A stretch of 64,000 nt of DNA, taken from NCBI GenBank assembly GCA_977017575.1, contig CDRNVI010000012.1, positions 558,001 to 622,000 of the forward strand. The letters run 5' to 3'. The notes beneath the pieces are model-generated. The model was not told where the DNA came from and searched no databases. It saw only the letters and a list, made by a program, of their open reading frames with translations. Shown piece after piece: positions 60,333 to 64,000 of the stretch. Positions within the stretch are counted from its first letter, which is position 1, and the number at the start of each line of letters is the position of its first letter. Source of the DNA: Paramoeba atlantica (Eukaryota; Protista; Discosea). Both the position numbers and the translations under genes were made by a program.

Positions 60333-63300
60333 ATGTCTTACGAAGGAATCGTGGGGCATAAGGTTGGAAGTAAATTCGATGGTTTCCTACCGCCGCATCC
60401 GAACGTTCGCGTCTATGAAATATTTTGGCTAAAACATACAAAACAACCTGAGATCGGGATGCACCAAGAACTGCGAACCAGGACACATACAGAAGAAGAT
60501 TTGGATAAGAACCCCATGCCCACCATGCGGATAATTCCTGCGGAATTTGTGCCATGCGTAATTGCAATTTATCGTGACATCGTCCGCGACTACGCCGATT
60601 CATCATATGAACAACGAAATCGAATTTGGAATTGCATTCTATCTGCTATGAAGCACTCCCTGGCTACCATCCGCGACTTGAGCGGGAAAAAAAGGCGACG
60701 ACGTCCTTTACCTGATTCTGTTGCAGGAGAAGAAAATAACGGGAAAAGCACGAGCGACACTGATGATACCAGAGCGATGAAAAAGGCAACAAAATTGGCT
60801 CTTGAAGGATGTGTGTCCAAAGCCACCCGTGTACTGGACCAGGAAGTCAAACAGTCATCACTAAGAGATGAAGAGAAGATGGAACAACTCCAACGATTGC
60901 ACCCGCAAATTCCGGTGACGTTCGGGCTCCCTGCGGATGCACCGAAGATAGCTTGCATTGATCCTCACGAATTACGAGAAGCCGGGAAAAGACTAGCCAA
61001 AGGATCCTCACCTGGCCCAATCGGAACAACCGACACCATCGTCCGATTACTCTTAGATGATGAAATATGCTGTACGAGTCTGTGTCACATGATGTGCGAC
61101 CTCATTAACGGGTTGCTCTCCAAAGAAGTTATGAAACGTCTGCGCAGAGCACGGTTAATAGCACTTCCGAAAAAGGCAGACGCAGTGCGTCCTATCGCGA
61201 TGGGGGAAATATTTCTGAAACTAGCTGGACTTGTGTTGCTATTGCGAAATGAGCACTCGTTTGAAAGTTTGTTTCTTCCGATGCAGCACGGCGTTATGAG
61301 TAAAGCAGGATGTGAGACCATTGTGCACGAGCTCAACCGTAGATACCTTGAGGGCAACGCTATCCTTACCTTAGATTTAAAGAATGCTTTCAATAGCCCT
61401 TCAAGAGATGAGATTGCGAAGGCTGTATTTGCGTTCCATACTCTCCGTCCGTTCCAACGGTTCTTCACTGCAGAGTATGGTGATGCGTCAGAACTGCTCT
61501 TCTACGGAAAAAATGGTGAGCTTTTCGGGACTGTCAACAGTGCGGCTGGCGTGAGGCAAGGTTCTCCCTTATCGTCCTTATATTTCTGCACGCTCCTCCA
61601 ACCCATTCTCGAGTCAATAGCGCAGGATTTCCCGACGATTCGCATATATGCATATGTGGACGATATTAACTTAACATCCCCAGATACGAATCTTCTCCAA
61701 CAGGCGTACCATAAGTTGAAGGAAATGCTTGCCAAGCAAAACATTATTATGGCACCAGAGAAATGCATTTGGTTTGGAGGCATCCATAAGCTAGAAAATC
61801 CCGATGGTCTGCGTTCAGAAGGAATTAAAACCGAACACGAAGCAATAAAACTACTAGGGGCATATGTAGGAGAAACAGGCAAAGCAAGTGCACTCCTTCT
61901 AGAATAGAAGTATATTTTTAGAAATTTAGGATGATTGACATAATGGACCTTCGGGGCACATAATATTTATATTATGATTTGTTTTTACAGATTGTGGCCC
62001 CGAAAGGGGCACCCGTTGTTAGATGTAATGAGATTTATAATTTAGTAGTACTCGGGATGAAGTAATATATATTGTTTTTGTGTATAGCGACACTCCTTCT
62101 TTTACCCTTTTCAAATTGCGTTATGACCAGCATTCTTAATACTGTTCGTCGCACGCTGTCGATGGGGAGGCCACAGAGTCCTATACGAGAAGATCCGGCA
62201 TCTCCCAACCCTGTCGATCCGAGTCTGCAATACGGGGGACAACGTACGACGCTGAACCCGGAGCAAGTGGCGGCTTTGCTTAGGGGGGGAACAGGCTCTG
62301 CAGCGATGTCTGACGAGGATAAGGCGGAATTCGCGCAAAAAGTCCGGACTTTGATCCTTAAGGGTTACGATGTGTCTGTAGAAGCCGTGTGGGGTCACCA
62401 TGGGGATGCAGTGCGCGAAACTGTGATTGGCAACGTTCGTCTGAAATCCGACGATTCAGGAGGCATTGAAGCCGTTTGGAACGATGATCCCGGCATGGCA
62501 TACGACTTTCCTTTTCCAGACATCGAATATTATTCGTTGGAAATTACCCGGGTGCGAGCAAAGATGCCTGGAGGGCGCAAAGCGGACGAAGAACCTAAGA
62601 CTCCTAATGCGCCTATCACCGATCCGGCTCGTTTCACCGCAAACGATCCTCTAACATGGGGCCCGTGGCTAGAATCCGAGGATGAGTTACGCGTACGAGA
62701 CCTTATCCGTGATTTACGCGTCCATCCTGAATTTGGTTTGTTACTGAACGCTCCTCCTATCCGTGAACGTCTATTTAAAATAGTCCAAGAGTGGATCCAA
62801 GCGGCACGAGTTTTTCCCCTATGGCGAGAGGAACATTTTCTCGAAATCGTACGCACAGCCATCGAAGAACTGCGAAACCACTATTGGGCCTCATCCGGAA
62901 TTCAAGTCGAACGTGTACAATTAAAACTCCACAAGGATGATGACACTAAGGATGCGTACTCGAAGGCAGTTGCGGAGGAAAACCTGCGCCACATGAGTGT
63001 TTCAAAAATCGCCACTAATCCCCCGGCCTTTCTTTGCTATTGATGCCACAAGCCAGGTCACTTTCGCGCCAACTGCCCATTAAATCAATCTTCTACTCGT
63101 TCGACCTCGGGTTTTCGGGGCGGGGTGACGAGCGGCACAACAGGTGCAATTGCGCCCACCCACCAACCCCCAACCATTTCGCAGAGTTGGTGGACGGGAT
63201 GCCCGTTCGTAAGTTTGAGGAGTTGTTGACTGGGTTTCTGTGATTGTTTTTATTATATTGGCCAGGTACCTTGATAATTCGTCAGATAGATATAGTTTAT

Positions 63301-63895
63301 TGGAAACTAAAAATAGTCGGGATGCTTGGACTGAAACTTTCATTGAAGCGATATATTACTAGGAAAATTGGTTTTAACATGGTTTACTTTCATTATGATG
63401 CAGGGGAGAGGAGACGTTGATTTCAACCTAGAAAAACATAGAACCATCTTCCGCCGTCTCAAAAAAATGGGTGCGAACAACATCACTATGCTCCTAATCG
63501 CGCGATGCGTAAACGTTAGACACAGATATCATATCAGGGTGCACCGTCCCGAAGAATGCTTTGCACTTTCCAAGGAATTTGACAAAGAGGTAGAAAATGT
63601 TTTAAAAACCTGGCTTGGGCCACTTGATGAAAATCAAATACCACTGGCAAGATTACCTGTCAAAATGGGCGGTCTTGGCCTGACCTCCTCGGTACTGCTT
63701 CGCAAATCGGCTTATGAGGCTTCGCAGCATGCTGCTCTTGAACGACTAAACTCTTTTTCAGTTCGGGCGGCAGCTCCAAAACCTCCTCAGCCAATTGGAA
63801 ATGCAGAAGAAGGCAGCGCACGACCACCAAGCGATGAATATGTAACCGAAGCTATCCTGAACAAAGGAATACGTGACACTCTTGAGAACTTGTGA
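60333..63895 (+). pseudogene. CRE-like family B element interrupted by a VIPER derivative
   Basis: RT at 60333-61904 (AYVDD) continues in frame at 63425 (LLLE|NLEKHRTIF). Confidence 0.88.
61905..63424 (+). mobile_element. Internally deleted copy of VIPER-like element 2 (A1-gag-B2)
   Basis: A repeat 61905-62120; gag from 62123 with CGA>TGA in the knuckle; deletion after about 63148; B repeat 63178-63424. Confidence 0.88.
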
Positions 63896-64000
63896 AAGTA
63901 ATCTGCGTATTCAATTTAGTTCAATACACATGAATATTTCAGCACGTAAACCATAATATTTTATTATATACCAAGGAAAGTGTTTATATCCACGTTTAAA

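Overview
This is eukaryotic DNA made almost entirely of nested transposable elements. It is probably from a kinetoplastid or other euglenozoan, inferred from four copies of a spliced-leader (SL)-like exon (AACTTTAACGATAAAGATACAGTTTCTGTACCTTGTTG) and from VIPER-, TATE- and CRE/SLACS-like retroelements. It holds: two (TG)n-inserted HERO/NeSL-like RLE non-LTR elements with tandem CxHxC-x5-CxHxCCK fingers; at least seven CRE-like RLE non-LTR copies or fragments; three nested or deleted VIPER-like gag-YR-RT/RH retroelements with split direct repeats; a TATE-like tyrosine recombinase relic; Tc1/mariner elements with DD32E, DD34E and DD35E triads plus MITEs; and one intronless probable host gene. The strongest candidates for novelty are: (1) a conserved, covarying recoding cassette at the gag end of the VIPER-like elements (slippery heptamer, pseudoknot, and a UAG in frame with the recombinase); (2) SL exons heading retroelement insertions; (3) a 2.7-kb palindromic Tc1 with two divergent intact transposases that apparently moved as one unit; (4) Mer3/HFM1-like zinc-finger arrays in a microsatellite-targeted retrotransposon; (5) three 2A-like motifs in a CRE-like ORF. 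All family assignments come from motif recognition by eye; no database search was run.
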